A stretch of 47,978 bases of DNA, from assembly GCF_001194135.2 (NCBI RefSeq), contig NC_068990.1:38771304-38819281 (forward strand). Reading direction: 5' to 3'. Source of the DNA: Octopus bimaculoides. Its lineage: Eukaryota. Shown here piece by piece: positions 13,125 to 28,025 of this stretch. Position 1 is the stretch's first letter; every line of letters starts with the position of its first letter. The position numbers and the translations under genes are program-made. The notes beneath the pieces are model-generated. The model had not been told where the DNA came from. It searched no databases and saw only the letters and a list, made by a program, of their open reading frames with translations.

Positions 13125-14816
13125 GCGGTTTCACGTGGTTAGAGAAAAAGAGGGAAAAAGAAAAGAGGAAGAGAGAAAAGTGGGAGAGAGAAACGTTCAT
13201 GAGGTGAGGTAGAAGGAATGTAATCGTAACGCTTTCACGTGAATACTTGAAGGGAAAGAGAGGAGAAAGAAAAAAGAGGAGAAAGAAAAAGAGGTTAAGC
13301 GAAGAGTGAGACAGAAAGAAGAAGAAAGAGAAAGAGGGAGAGGAGTACTATGACGTGAGGTAGGAGGAACGTAATATTTATTACGTTGTTAAAAAAGTTA
13401 GCTGAAGTTACAGGAAGAGAGTTAAAAGTATACTTTGAGAAGAAGGGTGATGTTCTGATGGAAATTCAAAATTTCTCAAATTTTCTTTTTTATAGAATAT
13501 AAATGCATTTATGGGGTGGAAATATTGAAAAACATCAACACATGTGAGAGTTATAAAGAAACGACGGGAGTAGTATTTGTATATGCTAGATACAACAACC
13601 AAATTGCCCTTCACTCACTCACTTTTCCCTTTAAATATATTAACAATTAAAAAAAAATTACCGAAAATGCTCTTCCAATGGTTTTGAAGTGCAAAAAGAA
13701 ATTGGTCAAAATAGGTCTGGAGTGGGATAATGAGGGTGGGGGTGTAAAAAGAAAAAGTTTAAAAAGTATTTTTCATAGAAAGATGACCAACCCCACCCAC
13801 CCCATCATTTCGAAGGCTGTGGTTTAAAGAAAAATTAGGAAAATTCCTGAAAACATTTTCCCCACAATTCTTTTTTATGATCGTAATCTATGCAGTTTGA
13901 AAGCGATTTGTATAAATTTTCATTAAAAGATACCCATCTTTCTGAAAGTTATGAGGGGGAAAATGTCAGATCGTGTAAATTTTCCAGAACTCCTCTCTCC
14001 ACCCCATCAGAAAAATTTATCCTCATAAATCCCTATACACTCTGAAGCCACAACATCTAAGCGGTATTTGTAGAAAGTTTTGTTTCAAAAGTATCTATTT
14101 TTCTGAATGTCACGAGGCAACAAAGTCGGGGGTGTATACATCTGTAGTAACGCCCTTTTATTTATACGATTTTTTTATTCATTGTTTGCAATGTTCTCTC
14201 TCTCTCACACATACTGTAAAGCTTACAGAATGGCTGCTGAAATGAAATCGCTATGTTGCTTTGAGCGGAAGGTAAAACTCGACAAACTGCCTCTCCCTCT
14301 GTTGTTGGTCTACAGTGATGTTTGTTTAAAAAAGAGAGATTATAACTGTGATAAAATAATGAAAACAATGCTTACTAAGGAAGTGATCACTATCATAACT
14401 AGACGTAAAATATAAACATTATTAGAGTTGGGAATCAAATGTGAAAATATCATCAAGGGCAGGACAGAGAACTGCCCGGAGAGTGGTCTTTCTGTTAGTT
14501 TAACTAAAGGTTATGTACGAGATATATTTTTGTTTTGTTTACGGGGGAAATGAAAAAATAAGACTGAATATTTATTTTATGAATGCTGTGTATTAAATCT
14601 ATAAAATTGTGGATGAAGTATATAAAATGTATATAAAGTGCATTAAGTAATCATTGGATTCCTATTTCTTTCACTCTTCAATGAGTAGCAGATGAGTGAC
14701 TATATTTTCATACAGACACAACACAAGCTATGCTTTCAGGGATTTTGGATAAAGTTTTCAGAAATAACCCAATGTGTTTACCATTAATTCCTTGAAATAT
14801 TCACGGAACCCGCTAG
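13125..14816 (+). mobile_element. Non-coding insert, possibly a non-autonomous Helitron-like element (may be composite)
   Basis: Interrupts collinear L1 RT pieces; ends ...cacggaacccgCTAG|T exactly where L1 homology resumes, matching the Helitron CTRR 3' end and insertion before T. No clear 5' TC or subterminal hairpin found. Confidence 0.4.
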
Positions 14817-14819
14817 TAT

Positions 14820-15400
14820 AATATTAATCCCATTGCTGACGTCCTTTCTCTACAGCGTTAATATACCACGACCGGTTACACAATGGGAATCCTCCCATTC
14901 TGTTGTCAGTCGGGTTAGACATTTACCAGGGGCCATTCAAACAAGTCTAACATATAACCATAAAATTCATAGGGCAGAACATCCAAGCCAGATTATCTGT
15001 CCATTGCAATACAGCCCAAATATCTCCCGTTCCTCACTTCTTGTAATTTGTGTTCGCAGCTTGTTCCTCCCTCAGCTGAGATCCGCAGCAAGTGTTGGAC
15101 ATAGGCAGTGAAGTCCATAACCATTTCTGACATATACCTTACTCTAAAATAATGTTGCTGTAAAGTAACATGCACCTAAAACACAGCACATCTATTCTTG
15201 GAAGCAAGAAACTCGTACTTGTCAAAGATTGGACTGTGGCTTTGTTGCTACATTACACCTCCGCTACGCGTGCACATCGAATGCAATTTTCCCATTTTAT
15301 TTCAACGGACGAGCTTTAAGTCAGACATGGATGCCTTCGTGTTTTGCGTTGAAGAATATTGTTGGGAGCCATCCATTCCATGAGTACAATAGTAGCGATG
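14820..15400 (-). mobile_element. Tx1/L1-clade LINE, region upstream of the RT core
   Basis: Minus strand: KHEGI..LKARPL, LLRISAEGGTSCE, SGLDVLPYEFY (SPGxDGLPxEFY), QQNGRIP, GRGILTL*RKD. Confidence 0.8.
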
Positions 15401-16959
15401 TCTTTTCTAATCGCCAAATTTACGCTGCTAAGTAGCTCTCTTTTAACCTATTTCTTTCTATGATTAGCTCTTTCTTAAACGCTATCTAATATTATTTTAG
15501 TGTTTCCCAATAATACTAATAATAACAATACTAAAAACAATGATGATAGTAATAACAAGAACAATATAATATACAAGAAACTTTATTATTTAGAAATGAA
15601 TATATATATGATGCACAGAAAGTAACAATAATAATAGTAATAAAAATAATTGATTTCTTACATTAAAATAATACATCGTACATAATGATAAAAATTATTA
15701 GTATTAGTATTATTTTCGCTTTCTTGCTGTTGATAAAATTATATCATCGTCGACATCATCATCGTCGTCGTCGTCGTTATGGTGGTCGTCATCGGTATCA
15801 TCGGTATCATCGTCATCGTCATCGTCATCATTATTATCATTAATAATAATAGTAATAGTAATAATAGTAACATCAACGAAAACAACAACAACAACAACAA
15901 CAACAATAGAAATAATAACAACAATAATAACAACAACGTTAACAATAACAATACTAATAATGTTATTATTAACGTCAGCAACAATAATAATGGCGATGCT
16001 AACTCAGATGGATAGCGTTAACGAAAAAAAATCAGTAAGACAACTGTAAAATATTGTTAATCACTCCCACTAGAATAGTCGGAGTCGACCATTTTCAATG
16101 GAAGTTACTTATTCCTTTCATTTCATGTAGACAATTGTCTGCAAGTGCTAAATGATAGTCTGACAGGTTCGATGGATTTCCGTTTTATCTTGTATTTTCT
16201 TCTTGATATTTATTATTTTATCGTTGTACTCTTTAATTGTACCATATATTCTTTTTTTTTTCTTCGTTATTTACTGCAAAATCACGTCTTAGAACAAACG
16301 AAGCAATGCATGGAAAATACTTTAAAATTTACGCATACCAGTATTTGTGAATGTCTAAAACGACATACATACACATACTTATATACTTTAAAATAAATAA
16401 ATAAATAAATACATACGTACATACATACATACATATAAATATATANNNNNNNNNNNNNNNNNNNNNNNNNNNNNNNNNNNNNNNNNNNNNNNNNNNNNNN
16501 NNNNNNNNNNNNNNNNNNNNNNNNNNNNNNNNNNNNNNNNNNNNNNNNNNNNNNNNNNNNNNNNNNNNNNNNNNNNNNNNNNNNNNNNNNNNNNNNNNNN
16601 NNNNNNNNNNNNNNNNNNNNNNNNNNNNNNNNNNNNNNNNNNTATATATATATACATATATATATATACATATATATATACATATATATACATATATATA
16701 TATATGTGCAGATATATTTTAAATAACGCCACGCCTCTACTATTATATTCTTCCGGAGGAAATAAAATGAAAGTAATGTGTAAAGAAAAAGAGTAAATAA
16801 AATAATGACTGTTAGAGATTTGCCATTTATCAAACTCAAATATCTAACAGAGATGTATGGAATATGTGTGTATATATGTATGTATTCAGCGATACATGTG
16901 TGTCTTAGTGTGTGTTTGTGTGTATGTATGTATGTATGCATGTATGTATACATGTATGC

Positions 16960-17000
<41 letters not shown>

Positions 17001-17713
17001 NNNNNNNNNNTATATATATATATATATATGAAAACATGTATATATATACATAGCTATAATCAGATTACTATTTAAGAATCTTTACGTAATTCTGCAAAGA
17101 AACAAAACAAAAAAGTCAAAAAACAAAAAAGAAACACATAGAGGGATTCTACTTGAGCCTAATAATAAACAACAATAATTATTACATCAAATCCATCTAG
17201 CGACAGTGATCACAAGAAAAACGTTATTTAACAGAGTTAAACGAAGTAAAAACTCTGCTAAGAAGAATAACAGTAATAAGGAATCGTTCTGCTGATGTCA
17301 GTGGGGAACCGAAATCTAAAAGTTAGATTAGAAATCAATGGCATTGCATCTTCAGTTTTGTTTTTCTTTTTTGTATGTGAGTTTGTTGTGTTATTTCATG
17401 TAGTCCTATCATGATTGATTTAAATATCTATCGGTCTAGTAGCACAAATTAAGCTTCAGATATATCCATATACACACATCAACTCATCATGCATATACGT
17501 ATATATATATATGTAGTATGATAGATAAATGTTAATATAGGTATATAGATATATATTGTGTGTGCATGTGTACTTCTGTATATACCTATTTATGTATATA
17601 TATATTTCTATATATATGTATCTCAAAGATTTTATTCCTTCATGTGTGCGCATATACATTTATTTTATATATATATATGTATATATATATACATATATAG
17701 ATAGATATATACT

Positions 17714-17782
<69 letters not shown>

Positions 17783-17842
17783 ATGTACATATATATATGT
17801 ATATATACACACGCACAAACACATATACGTATGTATTTTGCG

Positions 17843-17920
<78 letters not shown>

Positions 17921-19071
17921 CCTATATATATATACATATATATATATTAGTACGTATATTATATAAATATATATATGTATATACGTATAAATATATAGAT
18001 GATATATACATATATATACATTAGTATCGAGTCTGCATAATTGTTTGTGAGCAATGTATATGTCTATATGAGTGAGAAATATCGGTTCATTAGCGAGGAA
18101 TATGACGTAACACATTGGCACGGTGCACTAAACAGAGAAGAGATTTCTAGGCTTAATATGGCCTAACCTTATTGTGCCAACTTGAATTATGTCCGAGAAC
18201 AACATTCGAGTAATTGGATTTCCTCATATAAAGGAATTTTACTTTAAACATAAGAAATGAGATCACTGTACACATACATACATATACATACATATAAATA
18301 TATANNNNNNNNNNATATATATATATATACTTATCCATATTCATAATCATATTTGTTTTAGCTGATATGAGTGTGTGTTTGTGTGTAGGGCGTACATAGA
18401 AGTCGGACATTAATCCCAAAGCAATGTTCGCATCAAATCCTTACTTGTATTTGTGGTCATCAGTAATACCGTGCGTTACATTAATCTTGATTACAATTGA
18501 ATTTACATGAAAACACAAATACATGATTATTTCTTTCATACACGCACACAAAGAGACATATTAGCAGTACCCATGGAAATCTACGGTTATTTTGAAGACT
18601 AATAGAATGTTAGAAATCTATTAAGAATCGTAAAACACATAGAAGGTATAACACACATAATTTCTTTTGAAATTACATCTTTTTCCAGAGACGTTTTATT
18701 CTTAAGAGGATAACAAGTCTAAATCACTGGTATTGAAGAAAGTGAAAGCTTAGGGGAGGGAATATCTTTCAAATCTATGTTTTTGATTATGCACTGACCA
18801 TGTATTTTGTTATTTCTTTTCTTGAGCACTATCGTTTTTACATTTAGGCCCAAAACTCAAGACATTTTATATTAAAGTATATATAGTTGTGCTTCAGAAA
18901 ATACTTATACCCTGTCTGGTTTTTCCATCGTGACTTTCATAATAAAATTATCGAAATGTTTTTAAAGAATATAGTACATTGCAAATGCTTTACACACGCT
19001 GAAATATTTGAACGAATGTTCCAATAAGGTCATGTTCATGTGTGACATGTCGGCAGTATCAATATATTATT

Positions 19072-19118
<47 letters not shown>

Positions 19119-19917
19119 CTTATGTATGTATGTATGTATGTATGTATGTACGTATATATGACGAAGAACAACACTTAATAAGGATCGATTCTGTTCCCAA
19201 GATACAGACGAATAACATTAAGAGAACATATAGAGAGTTGTGCGGGAAATCTCCAACCAAATTTCAAAAGTTTCCCTATATACCAATGCAATGAAGCAAT
19301 TTTTGTACTACAACGGTTAAATAAAGAGGCTAGAGTTCATTGAAAACTACCAACCGCACTTAAATATAAATATATAACCATTTTTGGACTGTGTAAATAT
19401 TTTAGCTAATAAATTTATATCTTTTAGACCTAAATATAATCAATTCAACTTCAAAATAAGGGTAACTATCTCTCTACTTCTAATAATAACAGTCACTAAT
19501 TGCATGTCCTGAAATATATTTGCCTCCTGACTCATTGACACAATATCCTTTCTCATCCAAACATGGAACGAAAACTTGTTATGATAGATTGAGATTGTAA
19601 TATTATCCCGATTTTGTTAGTCATAGTTAACACAAGCTTAACCGGTCGACTAAGAAAATATTTTTGTTCATACACACACGCGCACACATGTAAACAGTAG
19701 CAATACGGAATCGTACCATATAACTGCCAACCAAGTGTGGCGTCCTATACGGGACAGTGCTACTGACGTTTATAGCCCCAGAAAGATATCTCTTCCAGCT
19801 GGCTCCCGACACACATTCTGTGTCCGATTAGTATTTGCGAGGCGGGGGGCATCGCTCCCGTCTCTAACCTACATAAAATTTCAGTGCCTTTTCTTTATTT
19901 TTATATATTTTCTATCT

Positions 19918-20023
19918 TCTATCTTTTATCTCTTACTTGTTTCAGTCATTAGACGGTGGCCATGCTGAAGCACTGCCTTTAGTCGGACAAATCGACCCCA
20001 GGACTTGTTCTTTGTAAGCCTAA
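19918..20023 (-). mobile_element. SINE 3' portion (cut by N gap)
   Basis: Minus strand reads cttacaaagaacaagtcctggggtcgatttgtccgactaaaggcagtgcttcagcatggccacc...aatgactgaaacaagtaagagataaaaga; a related catggccaca...aaaaggataaaaga tail occurs near 42170-42215. Confidence 0.6.
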
Positions 20024-20057
20024 NNNNNNNNNNNNNNNNNNNNNNNNNNNNNNNNNN

Positions 20058-20127
<70 letters not shown>

Positions 20128-20559
20128 TGTACATTCACACACATATATATGTATGTATGTATATGTATATGTGTATATGTGTGTGTGTGTGTGACCATAT
20201 ATGTACGGTATATACCGTGTATACCTTCTTTTGTACAAAGAAATCGTATACAAATATGAATTAGTAACGTTTTGAAACTCTTTTTTAGTTTCTTCTTTTT
20301 TTCTATATGAAGATTAATTTCATAATGAACTGAATTCTAATTTCAATCAATAGAAAATGTTACTTAGTAATGTTTACTAAATCAACTACATGGTAATTAC
20401 TAATCAAAGGAATTCGTTGTTAAGTTCTACCCAGCGAGGATCATGTTTAGGTATCATGTCTTATCTAGTCTAAACCTCCAGTAGTTAAGAAAATATTACT
20501 CCTTAAATGAGACTTCAGCGAAAATAGAAATTTTGAGACGCACACGCTATTTTCCCGTC

Positions 20560-21000
20560 TAGCCAACTTCGACATCTATGGGTCTCTCTGATGTCCGAGA
20601 TGGAATAGCGTTGCAGTGCTTTTCCGGAAAAGCATGGTTAGTAGATATAAGATTTTTCAAGTGGCAGATGTTAGGCTGATATTCCTCGATATGAAGTGCA
20701 GTGGAAATAACGTTTTCCTTCATGTGGCCGTTTATATAGCGATCGATGCTGAAATGCTGCATTTCTTCTGCGACGTAGTATCTCTCATTCGTTTGTTTTA
20801 GTCAGCATCTGGAATGATATGTTAGGTATACAGGCAGCGATTTTGTGGCAGGAGAAACCATCCGAGATGGTGTAAAACTTTCACGCATTTGTTGAGGCAT
20901 TTTAATCGCGAGATTTTTCACTGGGATTTCCTGAACACACTAATGTCATCTAACATGTCACGGCGTGTCATTCAGATTACAATCATCGAGAAGATACTGA
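20560..21000 (-). mobile_element. Possible very old mariner-like transposase remnant
   Basis: Weak motifs only: LNDTP*HVR (LEDxPRSGR-like) and CHKIAACIP..QMLT (RKICARWVPxxLT-like); many stops. Confidence 0.3.
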
Positions 21001-22180
21001 CACAAACCAAACATTTTTTATATCTATATCTTCCATAGCGGCTTATATTGGTTAGAGAGCTTCCATTAGTTTCTTTGACAAAATTAGACAGTTATCACCT
21101 TACTGGCTATTTTTCTGTGTATTCTTGTGTTGAATATTTCAATGTCTAGTGGTAATTATGTATAGTTTATGCTGTGTAAGGTGTATTTTTATTAGGTATT
21201 TAACTGTTAAGTTGTTTTTCCCAATAATAAAACACATTACACACATTCAGCGTTATCACTATCCAAAACTAAAGCATTTAACGCAATTAATACAGTACAT
21301 GAACAAAACGAGTTATTATTGGTGTACAGTAAGTGATATAGTATTGGGTGTAGATGATGTAGAATATGTGTTGTTGCAGTAAAGTATCAGTACTTTATGA
21401 TATTTAGTGCGCATTGATTACAAAATCCAATGAAAGTGAAGTTGCGCTTCATCTTTTTTCTACGGTTCAGTAAAGAAGAATCTGTTCTTGTAACTATGTT
21501 AAAATCATTAACGTTGTTGTTAATTATACTAAACCGTTATTGATAATCTAACTTCCATCACTTATAAAATGATGCCTCCACCTTATCCAGCTCGCTTAAA
21601 AAGCACGCCCTACGTTCAGCAGAATTCTCAAAGTGGAATAAAGATTGATCATTATTTATTTATTTTTTTCTCTTTTTTTTTTTGGCGACATGAAGTGCTT
21701 TTTCGTTTCTGAAAATATACTGAAAAAGTATAATTCGAAATATTTTTTTCAAAATATCAAGTACAAGCATTCACAGGGACTCCCTTGCGTCTGTTATACC
21801 AGCTAAATACGAAAGTGAAGTCCTAATGTCACATATATAAAAAAAAGGACACGTTGAACAATGTCATCCCAGGCTCACATTGAAGATGAAATAGATACTC
21901 ATAGCTAGAACGTTATTGACCGCAGGGATGCTTGATAAAACTTGGCTTGTACCTAAATATCAGTAAGAATTTCCGTAACTAACATACACAGGAATTTATG
22001 ATACAGAATCATAACCATTATTCTGTGCAGCGTATACATACTGTGTTTAATATGAAATGAAACATATAGCCTACAAAATGTCCCCTATACAGTTGTTCCA
22101 CATACTAAATTTAAGAAATAAATCTTCAAATAACTCACTGTAGTCTTAAAAGTGACAGATCTCACTGGGTCATTTTGGCC

Positions 22181-22332
22181 TAGGTATACTATGATTTACG
22201 AATAAGACTGCGTGATTACGATTGGAACGCTTAGTTATACTATGATTTACGACTAAGCTAGCTGATTACGATTGAAATGTCTCGATATATTATGATTTAC
22301 GAATAAGGGTAGCTGATTACAATTGGAATGTC
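22181..22332. repeat. About 50-bp minisatellite, 3 copies
   Basis: atgatttacg recurs at 22191, 22242 and 22292, each followed by ...tgattac(g/a)attg(g/a)aa. Confidence 0.9.
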
Positions 22333-23225
22333 TTTACTAATTCATCTACTGGATGAACAGTAACCTCGGCTTGAATATCATCAAAAAGCCCAGAATTATA
22401 ACATCTATGCAGCAGTTTACCACCCTTCAAATAGTAGCCAAATCTGATTGCAACCATGCTCAGCTATTCACATTATGTGTTGGTCAACTTTGACTTTCAG
22501 AGCCGAAGATGGACTAAATTTCTAGAACGAGTGAGAAGAGGTTTCAGGTATTTATTCCAGATCGTTCTGCAGGAAATGTAATCTCTGCATTCATTTGACA
22601 ACACCAAACGATCCTTGAGCGATTTTAGCTGAGTTAAATCTTTTGAGTACAACCTCTTCTTTAAATCCCATCAGACTCTTAATAATGATTAGTCTTTTCT
22701 CACTGTCAATGCACAAAAGTAAAAAAGGCTGTACACAGAACAAACAGGATAGCCATAACTGAAATATATTTCAACAAATATTTGCTAAGTCAAAAGTGAA
22801 CCGGTTCGTATCGACAAAAACGATCAAGGATTAAACTCCCTGAGCTGCGTTGCAATCACCTTTTCGTTGATTTCATATGAAATTAAATGGTAAATATCTC
22901 AAGTGAATATTTTCTTTTTTTTTTGGGGGGGGGGAGCGTAAATGAAGTGATTTTCTTTCATTAAATCTCATCTTGTTCTCCTAAAACTTTGTGGATCTGT
23001 CTATGTGTAATAAAACAATTTAAAATATTGCTAAACCTTCTGTTCTTGTATTATATATTCTGTCTTATTTTTCTTGTATTTTATCATAATTTTCTCTTTA
23101 AATCAATCCCGTTATGTCAAAGACACTTTAAAAACATTCTATATTTTGGACATCAATTTAAGTCATTTTATATTTTAGAGATCTAATGAGCATTCATTGG
23201 AAAATATAAACACTTCAATTCGTTT

Positions 23226-23289
<64 letters not shown>

Positions 23290-24350
23290 TAGAAGCAGCA
23301 GCAGCATCAACAACAACAATAATAATTGCTACTACATTTATCATCATCATCATCATCATCATCAACAACAACAACAACAACATCAAGACAATAAACAAAA
23401 AACACACAGAAAACCCTTGCTTAGGAAGTATATTCATTATAATCATGTTCTGAATACATAAAAGCGGTTTGATACAGTATTAAATATCCAGGCTTTTTGA
23501 ACTAATTTTCATGGCTTATCGGCTTAGATTTTGGCAATTAGATACCATGATGGTGATGGTAATGATGATGATGATGGTCATAATAATAATAATAATAATA
23601 ACAAAAATAGTGGATTAAATATTTTCATACATAGTGAGATAAGGTTATTTCGATTCGTTCTTTTGATTTTAAAAATGCTTTTTTTTTTAGAGTTGCTTTT
23701 TTATTCATTATTGTTTTGTGGGGTAAGTTTTTTATTTGTTATTAATCTATGGCATCGTGCTGTATATAAAAGAATTTATGTGAGTTAGTCTCCCATGCAT
23801 TCATATATGTATATATACGAACATACATACTTATATATATATACATACACATATGTTTCTGTACTTACATGTATATATTTGCATATAAGATATACAATAC
23901 ATATATACATACACAAACACACACACATATATATATATAAATATCGATACATAGATAGATAGATACATGAGTGTTTGGGGTTTATGCGAATGTATGCATA
24001 TATAAAGGCTTCATTGTAGTTTCCTAAAATTTCTAGTAAATATTTCGTCGGGATTTGTGTAACCACATTAAAGAGAACAAAGAGATAAGACATATTTTAT
24101 ACATACGCAAACACGCATTCATTTGCAAGTATACACCTATCGTTAGTAATATATATATATATGTATATGTATCTTTATATTCGCGCGCGCCCGTGTGTAA
24201 ATGTATATACATGTACACTTGTATATAAACGTAAGCTTAAACGTTTATATTTGTACATTCTTGCATGCGTATGTATATCTTTGTGCGTGTGCGGGGGTCT
24301 GAATGCATGCGTGTGCGTGTATATGTGTGTATATATGTGAGTGTGTGTGT

Positions 24351-24428
<78 letters not shown>

Positions 24429-25000
24429 GTGTGTGTTTGTAGGTGAATGTTTAAATATACATATTGCTGAATTTGCTTTGATGATTTAAATGAGTGATGT
24501 ATAAATCTGAACATTCACAAAGCTGTGTAATTCTCTTATATACAGTGCAATAGCCAGACACACATGCAAGTATACATGCACGCCCATATAGATATATACG
24601 TGTGGACGTACGTGTGTGTGTGTCTTAATTGGTACGTATATAATCTATAATTATATCTCGAAATCACACAGTGCGTATGTAGGTGTATGGGAAAAAATGT
24701 GTTTATGCGTCTGCATGTGTGCGCGTGTGTATGCATGCATGTGTGTGCGTGATAGTGCGTGTGTGTGTGTGTGTGTGTAGGGGATGCTTCTTTCGAACTA
24801 GTGCGAAATGCAATTAGACCATTTAGTGGATTTGAATATTATTGAACATAACTGAGATATATGCGATGGTGTATGTTGCAACTCGGAGTTTCGATATTTG
24901 AACGACTCAATTTCCTTGAAGAGGACGGATTGCTTCAATATTGCATCAAGTAGGTTCATCCTTGAGCGACTCCTTTTCTTTACTCATATGTACATACGTA

Positions 25001-25187
25001 TTTTCTACTCTAAGCACAAGGCCCAAAATTTCGGGGGAGGGGGCCAGTCGATTAGATCGACCCCCAGTACGCAACTCGTACTTAATTTATCGACCGCGAA
25101 AGAATGAGAGGCAAAGTCGACCTCGGCGGAACGTAAAGACAGATGAAATAGCGCCCGGCGTGCTAACGTTTCTACCAGCTCGCCGTC
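25001..25187 (-). mobile_element. tRNA-derived SINE, same family as 5371
   Basis: Minus strand gacggcgagctggtagaaacgttagcacgccgggcgc...gaggtcgactttgcc...ggtcgataaattaagtac...ggggtcgatctaatcgactggcc; internal deletions. Confidence 0.85.
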
Positions 25188-25841
25188 TTCAGAATCGATA
25201 ATATTGCAATCACCGTTGGAGTTCGAATTTGACTTAACAAGTCAAGCACTGGGGCCAATGTAATCGACTAGACACTCCCCATTTCATTTTATTGTTGTTG
25301 TAGTCGTTGTGATTAGTGCATCGAGTTGACAGACTCGTTAAAGCCTTGGACAAAGAGCCTTGTGTCAATTCTTCTGGCATTTTGCGTTCTGGGTTTTACT
25401 TTTCTTTCTTTCGCAACGACTAAACTAAAATAATGGACAAGTATTGTGATCTACCGCTCTCTAAACTTAATGACTTATACAAATATTTGAAACAATTATA
25501 CACTTGTTTTCGATGATATGTTTAATCGTTATTATTTTTATTGGTGTATAATAATTCATACTCGCATTCGGGCACATGAAGAGAAAAAAAAGAAACGAGA
25601 AGAATTTTAGAGAACAATTGTCCTTACCTCTGAAACTAGATACAAAAAAAGAGAACCAACAATTTGTCAGTTATATATAGCGTAATTGTAGAAAATATTT
25701 CTATCAGGAACAGAAGGTGTCATTTTGTTCATCCTGAAGAAAGTATAGCCGAATTTACGACACGACGCTAACATGTTGAGTGTGTGTATATATACATACA
25801 TACATACATACATACATACAAACATACACACACACACACAT

Positions 25842-25909
<68 letters not shown>

Positions 25910-25912
<3 letters not shown>

Positions 25913-26021
25913 TGAATAGATAGATAGATAAATAGATAGATATATAGATAGATAGATACATACATACATACTTACATACATAGATCAGATAGATAGAGGG
26001 ATAGATAGATAGATAGATAGA

Positions 26022-26106
<85 letters not shown>
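25910..26106. repeat. (TAGA)n/(TAAA)n tetranucleotide array
   Basis: Read directly. Confidence 0.9.
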
Positions 26107-26107
<1 letters not shown>

Positions 26108-26348
26108 TGTTAAAGATTTCGGGAAACATAAAAAAAGTCACTGAGCCAATGTATGCGTATGTAATTTGCTATGGATTGTGGAGTCTGATATCTATTCAAG
26201 ACCACAAAACGCCTTGTATTCCAAAACGCATACAATTCTATGTCCCAAAGCTAAAATTGACAAAATCTGTAACCAATTGTCTTTATAATTGTTTCTCATC
26301 ATATACACGCCAAGATTCTTTATATATACGTATTGCATATATATATAT

Positions 26349-27057
26349 NNNNNNNNNNNNNNNNNNNNNNNNNNNNNNNNNNNNNNNNNNNNNNNNNNNN
26401 NNNNNNNNNNNNNNNNNNNNNNNNNNNNNNNNNNNNNNNNNNNNNNNNNNNNNNNNNNNNNNNNNNNNNNNNNNNNNNNNNNNNNNNNNNNNNNNNNNNN
26501 NNNNNNNNNNNNNNNNNNNNNNNNNNNNNNNNNNNNNNNNNNNNNNNNNNNNNNNNNNNNNNNNNNNNNNNNNNNNNNNNNNNNNNNNNNNNNNNNNNNN
26601 NNNNNNNNNNNNNNNNNNNNNNNNNNNNNNNNNNNNNNNNNNNNNNNNNNNNNNNNNNNNNNNNNNNNNNNNNNNNNNNNNNNNNNNNNNNNNNNNNNNN
26701 NNNNNNNNNNNNNNNNNNNNNNNNNNNNNNNNNNNNNNNNNNNNNNNNNNNNNNNNNNNNNNNNNNNNNNNNNNNNNNNNNNNNNNNNNNNNNNNNNNNN
26801 NNNNNNNNNNNNNNNNNNNNNNNNNNNNNNNNNNNNNNNNNNNNNNNNNNNNNNNNNNNNNNNNNNNNNNNNNNNNNNNNNNNNNNNNNNNNNNNNNNNN
26901 NNNNNNNNNNNNNNNNNNNNNNNNNNNNNNNNNNNNNNNNNNNNNNNNNNNNNNNNNNNNNNNNNNNNNNNNNNNNNNNNNNNNNNNNNNNNNNNNNNNN
27001 NNNNNNNNNNNNNNNNNNNNNNNNNNNNNNNNNNNNNNNNNNNNNNNNNNNNNNNNN

Positions 27058-27132
<75 letters not shown>

Positions 27133-27287
27133 CACATATATAGATATATACACACATATATATGTATAGATATATATACATATGTTCATATTTATATGTG
27201 TGTGTGCGTGTGTGTGTGCGTGTATAGATATACATATATACACGCATATATATTTATATGTATATATATACATACTTAGTTTTATGT

Positions 27288-27326
<39 letters not shown>

Positions 27327-28025
27327 TAATAACAATGAATGCACCCATATAACATACACTTACATCATACATTTATAAACGCATACACTACTTTGAACGC
27401 GTGCACTCAGATGTGTGTGTATGTTTGTATCTGTGTGCGTGCGTACGTGCCTGCGTATGTGCTTGCGTGTATGTTTGCGTGTGCGTGTGTNNNNNNNNNN
27501 NNNNNNNNNNNNNNNNNNNNNNNNNNNNNNNNNNNNNNNNNNNNNNNNNNNNNNNNNNNNNNNNNNNNNNNNNNNNNNNNNNNNNNNNNNNNNNNNNNNN
27601 NNNNNNNNNNNNNNNNNNNNNNNNNNNNNNNNNNNNNNNNNNNNNNNNNNNNNNNNNNNNNNNNNNNNNNNNNNNNNNNNNNNNNNNNNNNNNNNNNNNN
27701 NNNNNNNNNNNNNNNNNNNNNNNNNNNNNNNNNNNNNNNNNNNNNNNNNNNNNNNNNNNNNNNNNNNNNNNNNNNNNNNNNNNNNNNNNNNNNNNNNNNN
27801 NNNNNNNNNNNNNNNNNNNNNNNNNNNNNNNNNNNNNNNNNNNNNNNNNNNNNNNNNNNNNNNNNNNNNNNNNNNNNNNNNNNNNNNNNNNNNNNNNNNN
27901 NNNNNNNNNNNNNNNNNNNNNNNNNNNNNNNNNNNNNNNNNNNNNNNNNNNNNNNNNNNNNNNNNNNNNNNNNNNNNNNNNNNNNNNNNNNNNNNNNNNN
28001 NNNNNNNNNNNNNNNNNNNNNNNNN
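26349..28025. other. Assembly gaps in microsatellite tracts (largest cluster; 15 gaps in the window, the longest 36116-36956)
   Basis: N runs flanked by (TA)n, (CA)n or (GT)n; consistent with a short-read scaffold. Confidence 0.95.

Noticed and set aside
21550-21660. MMPPPYPARL (plus strand) and ELDKVEASFYK (minus strand, SPX-like) peptides
   Set aside because: Short, bounded by stops, and lacking convincing splice sites.
22181-22332. CRISPR-like array
   Set aside because: Whole units are homologous, with no unique spacers, no cas genes, and a eukaryotic context.
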